A stretch of DNA of 64,000 nt from the human T2T-CHM13v2.0 reference genome, Homo sapiens, in assembly GCF_009914755.1 (NCBI RefSeq), contig NC_060932.1. One strand, 5' to 3'. Shown in pieces: positions 1 through 14,100 of the stretch. The translations under genes were made by a program, and so were the position numbers. The notes under the pieces are model-generated. The model did not search any database and was not told where the DNA came from. It saw only the letters and a list, made by a program, of their open reading frames with translations. Positions within the stretch are counted from its first letter, which is position 1, and each line of letters starts with the position of its first letter.

Positions 1-129
1 CAAAACAATCTTAATAATCAGTGGATGCAATTATGATTATTTTATGACATTTAAAGATTTTTCTTACAACATTAAACACTCTTGATGTCTGTTATAGATT
101 TATAGAAAAATGGAAAAATAATTAAACTA

Positions 130-900
130 ATATTTATTTAGCACACTATTTTAAAACATTAGAAACATTAACAGGTGTTTGTAAACCTCTTGTTAAAACA
201 GTTTGAATAGTGCTTGTCTTTTTCTTCTTGTTGCATAACTTACAATATGGAGCCAGTATCTCTTCAATGCCTTGGCAACAAATTGTTATATTCTTTTAAA
301 ATTTAGGTCGGCTTCCAAAATTTTACCCTTGGTACTTTCAGTGTGTTACTTCCTCTGGGACATCTTCATTCTTTTTCTCACAATCACGTTTTCATTTCCT
401 CTGACTTTGTGTCTGGAGTTTCTGGAGTCTTTTGCATGCCAATAATGTCAACATTTCCAAGATTAGGTATAGCTCCAATTACATTAATTTGTATTTTATT
501 TTCGGTAGATTTTTGTTTGTTCGCGTCACTTTCATTTTTGTTGGCCAGTTCTCTCCTTCGATTATTTATTCTCTGCTTCATGGTATTTGGGTTTCTCACT
601 AGGTGATGAGTATGCTGTACAACTAAATGCTTTGCTGTCTGTACAGAGACTGAATAATAGACATGTAGTGACCAGTCACCAAAAGACTCCAAAAAAGTGA
701 TGTGGTCACTAATTATAATGTGCATCGATTATTTATGATTTTTAGACCAAAGATTTAACAACAAAATTTATATTTTATGTAATTAGTTAATAGACTATAA
801 TAACTAAAATTTGAACCATGATGTTGGGAGAAATCGGTTATTTATACATAGGTAGCTAGTGGTAAAACTGAAATTTGAGCATATTGGAACTATGAAAATC
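130..900 (-). mobile_element. TcMar-Tigger family non-autonomous DNA transposon with decayed transposase-derived sequence
   Basis: The minus-strand ORF 384..725 contains RRRELANKNESDANKQK..GNVD. The neighbouring minus-strand sequence reads as DEDVPEEVT / KILEADLN / STIQT-like remnants typical of Tigger transposase fragments. Subterminal AACTGAAATTTGA-type repeats lie near 800-880. Subfamily not resolved. Confidence 0.7.
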
Positions 901-949
901 AACAGCTGACTCCCTGTTAACTTCATTCTTACTCTGGTTAACTCTTTCA

Positions 950-1150
950 TTGAATGCTTATTATATGCCAGGCATTATTTGGTTCTTTCTAAAACTTACT
1001 CCATTTAATAATTCTCCTATGAAGTTTATAAAATATTGTAATCTATATTTTGATAATGAGAAAAACTTGATGAGAAACAATGACATTTTTCCCAAGGAGC
1101 AGTGAGGAGCTGGAACTATGCCAATATAATTCCAAAGCCTAAGGTACTTT
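950..1150 (-). mobile_element. MIR SINE, decayed
   Basis: tatatgccaggca...catttaat...tattttgataatgagaaaaact...cccaagg...ccaaagcc follows the reverse MIR core. Confidence 0.55.
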
Positions 1151-2718
1151 TGAATTTCACTGTCACTCCTTTTAATTTGGTCAATTATAGTTTCCTATAA
1201 ACTATAAATTATAGTTTCTAATTTATAGGAATAGGTTTATAGTTTCCTATAAACCTTATTTTATATAATTTCAACTGGGGGTCACAAGATAATTTTTCTT
1301 GGGATAAGAAGATTCACTTATTTACCACTGTCTTGTGTATGGAACTTATCATAACCAAAATCATATATTAAGGTCCAAATGTAATTACATTTTATTAAAG
1401 CTTGTTCCAATACTATTCATTCTGATCCTTCAAGCCAATGTTATAAAGAAATTGCTATGCATTTTATATCACAAAACATGTAACTTGAACCATTAAGGGG
1501 CTGCTCAGTGTCTCTCTCTCCAGAATTTGAAGTCCACTGAAATGAAGTTATTTGTTTTTCTTCTGTGTCCTGCCAGTGTAGATACAGAGTAGTATAGAAG
1601 GTGGGATGAACTCAGAGAAGTGTGGTTTATTCAGGGTGGTAGTCATGTTAACTCTGTGCTGAAGTTTCTCAGACAGGAATTTTAGTAATATAATCATCAT
1701 TTAAGTTATTGCAGCCAAGAAAATAGGGCATTAGACTTAATAGAACATTTCTATGTTTTACGTCCTACCCATTTGTCTTTTTGCTTTAATTCAACATTTA
1801 TAAACTATGTATTTTATTTTTTTGTTTTTCTTCTTAGAATTCTGAGATGAACTTCCTATTAGCTAGATTGAGCACTTTTGCAACTTAAAAGAATGATTTA
1901 GATGATAAATATTTGTTTTTTAGAATGCTGTTTCCATTTCATCTTTCCTTAGAAATTATAGGAAAATGCTAAATGTATGACCATGTGTGAGACAATCTAG
2001 AAGTTTTTCTGACACCAAATTTTTTTTTAATTCACCTTCTGTAAATGCAGTTGCTTTTTCTAGTAGTAAATGCATACTTTTGTGGTTCAATTTAACTTGC
2101 TGAAGCTGTAAAGCCCCTAAAACATAGTGGGGACCTCCAAGAATCTTCGTCACCCAGCTAGTCACCCAGCTTACTGAGTGTGATATGTGCAATGACAGAC
2201 CCTGAAAGAGCTGCCTCAGACTAAGTTTACGGAAATGATAGATGGATTTTGTTTCCTGGGTCATTGTTCTTGAAGAGGTTATTGTTTGAGATCAAGTGTA
2301 TGAAATAAGACTTAACAAAAATGAAAAGTTAAGAATACTTGGAAAACACTCAAATAAAATAGCTTCTTAAAATCAATGTAGTTAAAGTCTTTGAATTGAT
2401 TATAGCACTGTGTGGGAATGGTTCCACTAAAATATTCCTCATTTTGTATTTTAGAGTGTCATGTAAAATTCTTTGTTAATACATATCTCCTGGCATTTAT
2501 TGTCACATTCAATATAACAAGGTAGTCATCTTAAACCAAGCTGATGTGTATTTTGAGTATATATGCAATCACTTCAGATTTTATGCTTCTGCAATAAGAC
2601 TTCTTTCTTTATTACAATCTATTCCTGTTTTTATTTTTATTGTAAGCTGCTTTATTTTAAAACACTATTCTTACAAGGAATTATTTGCTTGGATGACTTA
2701 ATATTTTTAGTTCATAAC

Positions 2719-2880
2719 AGGGTCTCTTAACTTGGGGATTATATTCATGGAGTTGTTTATAGTTGTACTTTAGGGCAGCTTTGATCACCCTGTAACTGAA
2801 TACAACATTTTGTGTGCCCTTATGTATTTTTCTGGACAGAAATTTCACTTGGTTTTCAGAAAGACTAATAAAGACTTCTT
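2719..2880. mobile_element. Possible old hAT-Charlie-type MITE fragment
   Basis: Begins cagggtctcttaacttgggg, resembling a hAT-Charlie MER terminus. Heavily diverged. Confidence 0.3.
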
Positions 2881-3589
2881 ACCAGGACCTAATTTTATTC
2901 TGTACTTTATTTTATTCTTTTACTCCTAGCAGGGTAGCTCCACACTGTTGACCCAGTTGCTGGCCTTCCATCCTCAACTGTCTACCATGGTCCACCACTG
3001 TTCCCTTAGGGGACACTTGGAGGCTGTGTCCCGGAAATGCTAATTTAGGCTTGCCTGTGCTCGGTAGCCTGCATGCAGGAGCCCCGTTTCCATTGGCAAA
3101 TGTTTGTTGTCATGTGGCCTACCCTCAGCAGGATCTACACCACTTTTCTGCTTTGCTACAGTTTAAAAAATAGGCAGCAACTTTGCTATGCCAACCTTAA
3201 ATTTTATATGGTTTGGCTACATTTGCTGTTGTTGTTAGTTTTTTTTAAAAAAATAAATAAAGATATTCTGTACATTAAACTCCTTGAGGTCTTTGAAAGA
3301 ACATTTTAAAGTAGAAATCTGAGAAGGAAGCACATAGAAGAAAACTCTTCGTTAGGAAAAAAATCCACATTTATAGTATATTCTACAGAGAAAAACTTTC
3401 CACTAGACATAATAGAGTTTTCTATCCTTTTGTGACACAGAGGTAAAGTTATGAATTTTATCCAGGCTCCCAGCTGGAGATGATAGGCCAGTAGTCAGCC
3501 TTCCAGGAAAATAGCCTTTTCCCTAAAACAAACAAACAGTCTATAAGATACATCTTGGATACCTGGTGCTGACTTCCTCAGCATTCATT

Positions 3590-4115
3590 GCTCCTTTGTC
3601 AGATAACACACAGTCAATTCACAATGAGAAACATTTTTTTTTCTCTGCTCTCTATCCTCATGGTTTGGGTGAAGTTGACCCTGTGCCTAGTTCCAAAGAC
3701 ATAAGCCCATTAGCATCCTCATACTTCTGGTCACAATGTGACCCTATTCAGGACATAAAGAAGCACACACAGGATTTTTGTTTAACTACTAGAAGAGAGA
3801 AGCTGTCTCTACTTAAGGTCCCTTCTCTCTCCTTTCTCCCAACCTTTGACTTTGCCCCTGGAACTGCTGTTCTCTAACAGAGACCTGGTTGCACAGATCT
3901 TGAACCTTGAGGGAGAAACCCATATGTGAGTAAAACTAGCTTTTAGGGCAGAGCCGTATTCAGTGGAGAGAAATAAAACAGGATCCTGATGCTGTCTTTT
4001 GAGCCTTTGAATCAAACTGCACCTGAAGCTAGTTTTACTCATGCATTATTCAGTTACTTAAGCAATATGTTTTCTGTTTTTCTTCTTAAGCCAATTTGAT
4101 GGAGTTTATCGTGTA
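3590..4115 (+). mobile_element. MLT1 (ERVL-MaLR) solo LTR, old (MLT1J/K-like)
   Basis: ggatcctgatgctgtcttttgagcctttgaatcaa..cacctgaagctag..ttcagttac..cttaagccaatttga matches the MLT1K-type 3' half. Confidence 0.6.
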
Positions 4116-4595
4116 ACATGGATGGAGTCCTAGCTGTCTGCTAATGCTCCTGAAAGATCTTTAAAGAATGTGGCCCTGCTTCAATTGTCTTGTATATTCA
4201 ATATCTGATATTGACCAGAAATTAATAAACACCATTTGAACTATTAATTTTTATGCTATTTTTAGATATTGAGGTGAATTACTGTTTTTCAACAATGTTT
4301 GAGAAGTCAACTAACATGATTTTGGGGATGTAATCCAAAATGGACAGAGCCAGAATTAGAAAGTCTACACCTGTAGTGTAATTGCACCATCTCTATTTTA
4401 TACTGTCTTTGGAGCTGATACTGGTTTGTGGTAGAAACCAAGGCATAGATATGGAAGAAAGATCCTGTTTGTTTGCTGGAAACAGACATACATGGTGCTC
4501 CAGGTACCCTTGGATGAACACTGCCTCCTGCAGAATCTTAGTGAACACCAGTGGATTGTTTATTCTACATTGTTTCCACATACATAATACTGACC

Positions 4596-4904
<309 letters not shown>

Positions 4905-5681
4905 TCAAAGTATGAGTTAGTGAAGGAGATGAAATGGCGATCATCCGAATCTTTGGTGTTTAAATGCTTCTTCCTAGAACTGAAACATCCTAGAGCTGCT
5001 AAGAACTCTTAACTGCATTTCTACATTGGTAGTAAATTTATTCTCAGAACATTAGGATATTTTTTTCAATCACTTTCCTTAAATACATTGCATATTTGAG
5101 GTCTCAGGCTGTGAAATTTCAAAAATGTTATCCCTGCTGAGTTTCTCTCTGGATAACCACTTAGTCCTTCCCATTTTCAAGACGGCAATTGTTTTTCAGT
5201 AAGATTGGCTGAACTGAAATGACTTCAGTTTGCTAAATTGCTGCCGTTGATTGGTTTATTGTTTTGGCACAACTTCTTATTCCTATGGAAACAATAGTTT
5301 CTTACTCTGTTCCATCTCTCAACTACCCTGCATAAAAAACTGCCGTGTTTCTCTGGATAACCAATCAGGGAGAATTCACTGTTTATCCTTACTGGGAAAT
5401 TAGTTCATGTATTCTTCCCTTTTTTGTTTTACTACTTTGTGAAATATTTGCAAGGATCAAATAAATTAATTTATCTAGTTTGAATAAAAAATTTCAAAGC
5501 TATCTTGTTGAGAAATAATAAAAGGTATTTTTAAAATGTCATCAAGTCTCTATATATATGTGCATGTGTGTATATACATATATATATATGGCACTGTGTC
5601 AGACATTATTCAGAATAGATTATTAGCAGTTTTCTAGTTTATATGCTTAAACTCTTCCTAGGATATAGATAATTTTTTAAT

Positions 5682-5956
5682 AAACTGATGTTTATTTTCA
5701 ACCATCTTTGTTTCCATCTTGTTTAAGAGACTGTGGAAGAACAGCTTAAGACCACTCAGTGGTTGCTCATATTTATTCAGTGTCCTGAGCAGTGGGAGCT
5801 GCACACCCACTGCAGTGGCAAACTGAGTGCTCTAGTCTGCAGTGAGGACCTGTTGAATAAGTACAGTGGGCACCTGAATGCCTTCAAACCAGGTTGAGTC
5901 GAAGTGAACTCAGGAGCTGAAGCAGTTCATTCACCCTGAAACGTCTCCTTGGTCAC

Positions 5957-6002
<46 letters not shown>

Positions 6003-6710
6003 GTGACCAACTCTTCCTCTTCAATCTTTTCAGGATCTCTACAGAAGCAGAGATCAGGCATGACCTCCCATGTATGTTACTGGAGATGGTGCCACCCATG
6101 CACAGAACTTCCCAGGTTAGCATTCCCGATATCAGACCCACTGAGTGAACTCCCTATTTGTTGTATGACAAGTCAATATGCACATATTACAGAGTCTGCG
6201 TTACACAGAGCAATGGTAGGCAGACTAACATAAGATGCCTCTGAGAGGCTGGTGCTCAGCCCTGGGATCAGTAATCACCAGCAGATGTGGCTTCTTGGAT
6301 CTTGGTAGTGAAGATTCCAAGAGTGAAGCAGCCAGTAATAGGAGTGGCTCCAGTGGAAGCAACAAACATCATCACAGCTTGCTGGCCAGGATTCCTGGAG
6401 GGTATAACACTGACATCACCAGAGTTTTCAATGGCAACAATGGCACAAGCTGCCGGCAGAAGCTTCTCCCAGTTCCTCTTGACATTTGTGTCATAGGTGC
6501 AATCACTTTTCATTTTGTAGATACACTGTTCAATTTGTAAGTCAAGGTTGGCACCACCTTGAGTGGGTTGCTACTGCAAGGAATTTAAGAACATCCTCCT
6601 CCTTCATTTGCAGGACCTCAAGGGCTCCAGACATTGTGAGTTCCCCTTTTTGTTACAATGGGAATCCAGAAGGACACTATAGGAACCCTTCTCCAGGTAG
6701 TGTGGAAAGG
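5682..6710 (-). pseudogene. RPSA: Processed pseudogene of 40S ribosomal protein SA / 67-kDa laminin receptor precursor (RPSAP copy, number unknown)
   Basis: Intronless. 5' pyrimidine tract cctttcc at 6704-6710, ATG at 6634 (MSGAL..). ORF 6268..6513 [41 protein letters not shown] matches RPSA [36 protein letters not shown]..GATPI. Stop TAA at 5746-5748, then the 3'UTR with AATAAA (tttatt at 5691-5696). Disabled by a short deletion near 6290, frameshifts and a T40 tract. Confidence 0.95.
5960..5999. repeat. Pure T40 homopolymer inside the RPSA pseudogene
   Basis: 40 uninterrupted T. Confidence 0.95.
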
Positions 6711-6857
6711 AGCCATCTATTTTCAATATAAGACAGTTTTTTTTTTCTCAGTTTCTTGGACTAACTGTGCTTTTGAAAATGTTGGTCCTTCTCTGTGTTC
6801 AGTCTGTTTTAAAATCTAAATATTTCTTCATAGGAAAAGAAAAAATCTCCATCCCCT

Positions 6858-8552
6858 GGTGAAAGATCTCTAAAAGGAGAAGTACAAAACGTTGCTCAGA
6901 GAAATCAGAGATGATCCAAACAAATGGAAAAACATTCCATGCTCATGAATGGGAAGAATCAATATTGTGAAAATGGCCATATTGCTCAAAGCAATTTATA
7001 GATTCAATGCTATTCCTATTAAAGTACCATTGACATTCTTCACAGAACTAGAAAAAACTATTCTAAAATTCATATGGAACCAAAAAAGAGTCTGAATAGC
7101 CAAGACAATCCTAAGCAAAAAGAACAAAGCTGGGGGCATCATACTACAGGTCTATAGTAACCCAAACTGAATGGTACTGATATAAAAACAGATACATAGA
7201 TCAATGGAACAGAATAGAGATCTCAGAATTATGACCACACATCTATAACTATCTGAACTTCAAAAAACCTGACAAAAACAAGCAATGGAGAAAGGACTCC
7301 CTAATCAATAAATTGTGCTTGGATAACTGGTTAGCCATATACAAAAGATTGAAACTGAACCCCTTCCTTACCCCATATACAAGAAATTAACTCAAGATGG
7401 ATTCAAGACTTAAAAGAAAAACCTAAACTATAAAAAACCCTGGACGACAACCTAGGCAATACCATCTTGCACATAGGAATGGGCAAAGATTTCATGATAA
7501 AGATGTTAAAAGCACTTGCAACAAAAGCAAAAAATTGACAAATGTGATCTCATTAAATTCAAGAGCTTCTGCACAGCAAAGGAAACTATCATTAGAGTGA
7601 ACAGACAACCTGAAGAATGGGAGACAATTTTTGCATCTATCCATCTGACAAAGGTCTAATATCCAGCATCTATAAGAAACTTAAACAAATATACAAGAAA
7701 AAAAAAACAAGTAACCCCATTAAAAAGTGAGCAAAGGACAGGAACAGACACTTGTCAAAAGAAGGAAGACATGTGGCCAACAGTCATATAAAAAAAATCA
7801 ACATTGCCGATGATTAGAGAAATGGAAATCAAAACCACAATGAGATACCATCTCACACCAGTCAGAATGGCTATTATTAAAAGTAAAAAAAAATAACATA
7901 TGCTGAGGAGGCTGCAGAGAAAAAGTAACACTTAAGTACTTCTGTTGGGAGTTTAAATTAGCTTAACCATTGTGGAAGATAGTGTGGCAATTCCTCAAAG
8001 ACCTAAAAACAGAAATACCATTTGACCCAGCAATCCCATTACTGGGTATATAACCAAAGGAATATAAATCATTCTATCATAAAGACATGAACATGTGTGT
8101 TCATTGAAGCACTATTCACAATAGCAAAGACATAGAATCAACCTAAATACCTGTCAGTGATAGAGTGGGTAAAGAAAATGTGATACATATACTCCATGGA
8201 ATACTATGCATCCATAAAAAATGAGGTTATGTCCTTTGCAGGAACATGGATGGAGCTAGAGTCCGTTATCCTTAGCCAACTAACATAGGAAGAGAAAACC
8301 AATACTGCATGTTCTCACTTATAAGTGGAAACTAATTATGAGAACACCTGGACACATATAGGGGAACAACACACACTGGGGCCTATTGGAGGGTGAAGGG
8401 TGGAAGGAAGAGGATCGCGAAAAATAACTAATGGGTAGTAGGCTTATTACCTGGGTGATGAAATAATCTGTACCACAAACCCCCATGACACAAGTTTACC
8501 TATAAAGCAAACCTGCACATGTACCCCTAAACCTAAAATAAAACTTAAAAAA
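6858..8552 (+). mobile_element. 5'-truncated L1 (L1PA13-16-like), ORF2 3' part plus 3'UTR
   Basis: ORF2 motifs (aaatggaaaaacattccatgctcatg, ccagcaatcccattactgggtata). 3'UTR aaaataactaatgggtagtaggc..acaaacccccatgacacaagtttacc..aataaa. Multiple frameshifts. Confidence 0.93.
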
Positions 8553-8679
8553 TTTCATCTATTTCCTTGCTTACTTGTTTCTATTTGTTATAATTATTTG
8601 CTACAATTTTAAAATTTAATACGCAATATTTTTATATGATTAAAATATAATATTTGTTTTGGAGCTTTATGTAATACTA

Positions 8680-9025
<346 letters not shown>

Positions 9026-9334
9026 AGAAACATAATACTGAAAAACTCTTTTGGTGCCTTTTTTGGTGAATCAGTTATGCTACTGACTACCATTTTGTCT
9101 GTGACCATAAATAATATACTGGTATATATGTTTTTAAAGTTTCCCCATTTGCCAGAAAGGACTTTCAACTACTGTGGCTCAGCCTGCTTCCTTAACATGG
9201 CCGTATGATTTTCATCATGGGAAAAGGCAGGGGAATTAGAGAATTGAACTCTCATATTTTACCACGAACACTTTCAATTCTTAAGAATCATGTCTGCAAT
9301 GTAAGTGTTGGCTATATATTATTTAACATTTAAT

Positions 9335-10095
9335 TTTTAATTGATAAATAAAATTAGAGATATTTATCATATACAACATGTTGTTTTGAAATATACATAT
9401 ATATTATGGAATGGCTAATTCAAGGTAATTTATTTATTACCTCACATATTCATCATTTTTGTTGTGACAACACTTAACATCCATTCCATTAGCACTTTTC
9501 AATAATACAATATATCGTTATTAACGGTAGTCACTATGTTGTACAGTAGGTCTCCTGAACTTATTCCTCCTATTTATCTAACTGAAATTTTGTATCCCTT
9601 AACCAATATCTCCCCAACAACCCATCCAACCCATGCTACTCTCTACTTCTATGAGTTTAAATTTTTTAGATTCCACATGTAAATGAGATCATGTGCTATT
9701 TGTCTTTCTGTGCCTGGCTTATTTCGCTGAACATAATGCCTTTTCAGATTCATCTTTGTTGTCAGAAATGATAGAATTTTCTTCTTGTTATGGCTAAATA
9801 GTATTCTGTTGTGTGTATATGCCCTATTTTCTTTATCCATTCATCTGCTGATGGACATATAGGTTGATTCCGTGATTGTGGATAATGCTACAGTGAACAT
9901 GGGAATTTAACAATCTCTACAAGTGGCTGATTTCATTTCCTTTGCATATATACCCAGGAATAAGATTGCTGGAACATATGGTAGTTCTACTTTTAGTTTT
10001 TTGAGGAATCTCTGTACTGTATGCAATGATGGATGTACTAATTTATATTCCCATAAACAGTATGCAAGTGTTCTCTTGCCTCTATATCTTTGTCA
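9335..10095 (-). mobile_element. L1MA-type 3' end
   Basis: Reverse L1MA 3'UTR (aaatatacat..ggaatggcta..ttacctcacata..atgttgtacagtaggtctcctgaacttattcctcc) followed by the ORF2 end (ttagattccacatgtaaatgagatc). Confidence 0.85.
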
Positions 10096-10499
10096 ATATT
10101 AGCTGTTTGAAAATTTTGGTTGAGGATAGTTTTATAAATTTTATTAATATTGCTTTTTATGAAACCTAGTATCACAATCTTTTTTAGCATTTAATATGTT
10201 CTAAAATACACTCATAGCATTAAAACCAGAAAAGACTTTAAAGATTGTCCTTATTTTTCTCATTTTTAGAATGCAGAGTGTAAATTCCCACAGCTCATGG
10301 TTCATGAATCACTGGTAACGAATAACTATCTGAAAGTAGTAGAGCCAATCACTGAACTAGTTTAAACCAAACTGTTTTCCTTTTGTGATAGATGTTTAAT
10401 TTTGTTTACGTGGGCATATCTCTGTGTCTAATAATTACAAGAAGTAATATTGTGTTCAAGGTGCTGTTAAAGAATTGAAAATATCAATTTTGATAATAA

Positions 10500-10733
10500 T
10501 AATTATAAAAATCCGAACAGCTATTATTCATTGAGCCCATACTAGGTATCTTGTTTTGTCCCAAGTTGCTTCCATTTATTTGCTTGAAACTACTTTGTGA
10601 AGCAGGTACTATTATTATAACTATTTTACAGATGAGAAAACTGAGCAAAATTAGGAAACTTGCTGAGGTCATGTGCATAGTGAGGCTGATCTAAGATTCA
10701 AACCCAGGTAGTTTTATAACAGAGTTCTCTAGC
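10500..10733 (-). mobile_element. MIR SINE interrupted near its end by a THE1 LTR
   Basis: MIR core ggtactattattataactattttacagatgagaaaactgag..gattcaaacccagg. Appears to resume (cttaacc) after 11112. Confidence 0.75.
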
Positions 10734-11107
10734 TGATATGGTTTGGCTGTGTCCCCACTCAAATCTCAACTTGAATTGTGGTTCACTTAATTCCAAGTTA
10801 TCCTGGGAGGGACCTGGTGGGAGGTAATTGAATCATGGGGGTGGTTACCTCCATGCTGTTCTTGTGATAGTGAGTGAGTTCTCACGAGATCTGATGGTTG
10901 TACAAGGGGCTTTTTCCCTTTTGCTCAGCACTTCTCCTTGCTGCAACCATGTGAATAAGGGTGTGTTTTCTTCCCCTTCCGCCATTATTTTAAGTTTCCT
11001 GAGGCCTCCCCAGCCATGCTGAACAGTAATGAATTAAATTTCCTTCCTCTATAAATTACTCAGTCTTGGGTATGTCTTTTTTAGCAGCGTGAGAAGGTAC
11101 TAATACA
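10734..11107 (+). mobile_element. THE1 (THE1C/D-like, ERVL-MaLR) solo LTR
   Basis: tgatatggtttggctgtgtcccc...ctaataca termini. 5-bp TSD ctagc/ctatc. Confidence 0.93.
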
Positions 11108-14100
11108 CTATCTTAACCAACATGATAATAAAGAGATTTCAAGAGTCATTTATGAACTGCTGTGTTATCTTAAGTAATTAAATAATTAAAATTAAAATCT
11201 TGGCCTTATACCTGAGGCTGAGATTTGTCTTCAATTGGTCTGTGGTTGACTCCAGACATCAGAATTTTAAAAAAATATTTTAAGGTTTGTAATATATAGT
11301 TAGGATTGTGGCCCCCAGGGATGGAAAAACACTTCCTATTTTAGTATGAAGCTCATGGTAATATATTTGCTTTCTAGTTTCTCTATTTTTCATTCTGTAG
11401 CCTTCTAATGCCTTAGAGTTCAAAGTTTAATCTAAAATTATATGTGAGTAGTTATGGAAACCAAGAGAGAAGATATTATAAATCCTAATGGGAGATAGTA
11501 CAGCAGCTTCATTTATGCAGTGACATTTTACTATTAACATATGTTAAAATGCAAGTGTTAATGATGTACTCTAGCAGGTAAATTTTTCTTGTACAATAAT
11601 CACCATCATCCTATAGAGCAGGTAAATAGACTGCAATGAAACAATTGATTCCAACTTGTGCCTAAATTTTTCTCTTTTCTGAAATGCTTTCTGAGTTGAA
11701 GTCATTGACATCTATCCTAAATGACTCCATAAAGGGAATATATTTTATACTCTGATTAATTTATATTAATTTTAACTTCTGTTAACAAATAAAATGATGC
11801 TTTATCTTTCTACCAGTTTCCATGTTGGAGCTCCAAAATTAATATTTAGAATTATTTTAGTCCTCACTTACTGAGTATTTTTATTGCCACCTGAAAAATA
11901 TCTTATGGCCTAATAAAGTACAAATAATAATAATGATATAGAAAATGCATGATTAATGTTAACCTCAGAAAATGAGAACAAGAAATTTCAGATGCTGGAA
12001 ATTTTTTATAAGGCAGTTGGTAAATCTTCCCCCTTTCTCTTCTTGAAGGTAATTCTCTTCATTGTTTTACAGTTCATCAATTTTGATTCTGTAATAAATT
12101 TCTTTATTCACCTACTACTGAGTCAAATAGAAAAAAGGTTTTCTGCATCTTTTTAAACATTTTTTTCCAGAGAAAATAATACCAAACCAGTGTTAAGATA
12201 AATGAGTCTGTGAATAGTTCCATGTCTGTAATGCTATGATAATATGAAGCCCCAAACCTTTTGCCAAAAAGTTTGCTGCTGCTGTTGTATAGTAGAAGCA
12301 AGTGAAAATCATTTTCTCCTCGGAAGACGTTTAAGCTAAAACCCTTTAAAAAATGGAATTACTTTTCTGGCTTACAGCCAATATTCACTTTATTTTAACT
12401 AACAAAGAAATGTTGAAATCATGTAGGTATGTTTCAAACCTCATAAAAGGAACATTTTTCTAAGAAATATATTATCTTAACCATCATTAAAAAATCCCAG
12501 TGATTTTTCTGTGAGTGCACAAAATAAAAGGATACTTTTCTCTTTCTGGAGGTGATTGTTTGGTGATTCTTGTTAAATCATAAATTTGTTCAGCAAGTAT
12601 AGCTCTCTTTAAATTTTAGTATTCATATGCATTTGATACTTTATAGGTTACTAAAACATTTATGTATCACGTAAAAAATAATTTGTTTTATAATTAAAAT
12701 TTCACAGACACCTAGAATATTTTACTGCGCTGCTTTAGAAGAGAAAATGTAGGTGCTATCCATTCTGTTATGTTAGAAACACAGACTATCTATATTGAAG
12801 AAACATAGTTAATACACAAAAATGAAAGCTGCATTTGGTTTTCATTTTATCCTATGTCTTTGTTTCATTGGTAAGGTCTGTATTACTCCAGATTTGCGAA
12901 TATTCAAAATATGCCCTGTTTGATGGCTCAAATCTCATGAAAAAAACTAGCCTATGGCAGTATTATTTGCTATGCATAATATAGTAATATGATTTTAAAG
13001 GTGTGTTAGTGAGTTAAAGAGAATTTTGGAAATAATTGCTATTCCAAGTGTAAAATCACATATCTTTTTGACAGTACTCATGGTGTTGGATAACATTGGT
13101 TTCTTCCTATTTTTCTAATATCTGCCAAATGTAAGAGGAGACAATAGAAAAATATTGAGAGCCATTAATACCATATGCAGCGAAGTGTGAATCTTTTGAG
13201 TCTACCTTTTTTATGATCCGTGATTGTGAATGAATGCCTTTCTATAAAAACGCAATGATGTATTAAGAATAAAATCTCTCATTATTTTTATAAGTGATTT
13301 TATTTGCTTTGTTTATGTCTATATGACCATATTTACTTGATTTGGGGAGAGATCCCAAATTGACAATTAATGAAGTCAGTGAAAATAGGATAAAATATGG
13401 GACGTTTCAAACATGATATTAGGCAAATTTATAGAGCTCTTTGTTTTCCATCCAGGTGTCATTAGATAGAATGCATGACAGATGTAATTGTGGTATGTAG
13501 GTAAGACAATACATTATTTAATTTATTTTTGAGGGCATTAGAAGGGAAAAGGAAGAAAAACAGTCCCCAAATCATGGAAACCTTCAATATCATGAGATCT
13601 TCCAGGAAGTATGGAACTTTCATCAGCGTTCTCCCTGAGGGCATTGAGGTGAGATTGAAAATATGAGTAACCAACAGTTTCAGTTGAACAATTCTTAAAA
13701 TCTTACTACTAATACCTAATTGTGAAATTTGGAATCCTGACCCCACCTTAATCTATAAGCCAGCAAATAAATATGAAGTATCTAGTTTAGAATTCATTTC
13801 TCTTTTCCAGGAGAGAAAACTGTTAATTTTAGAATGGGTGGAATATTTATTCTAATCTTTCCACAAGATAAAATTTATAATTTTATAAAAATGGCCTAAG
13901 AAATGTTTTACTTTTAATTAAGTTGATATCTGTATTTTTATGCTTCATACATTTTTTGTGTATCTTGATGTTATGAAGATTCTTTGCCACTTCTTTAAAG
14001 ATAAGCATAATTATCTTTCTCGAGAGTATCATCTCTTTTTATATGGGCAGAGTAAGATTGGGGTAGAGTATTGTAAACAGCTGCGGATTTTGGTTTTATA

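Noticed and set aside
384-725. 113-aa ORF as a novel gene
   Set aside because: It lies within a Tigger-type element and is a frameshifted transposase remnant.
2149-2171. gtcacccagct tandem duplication (SWVTSWVT in ORF 1956..2264)
   Set aside because: An ordinary 12-bp slippage duplication. The ORF has no recognisable homology.
4290-4420. Possible CR1/L3 fragment
   Set aside because: The similarity is too faint to support by eye.
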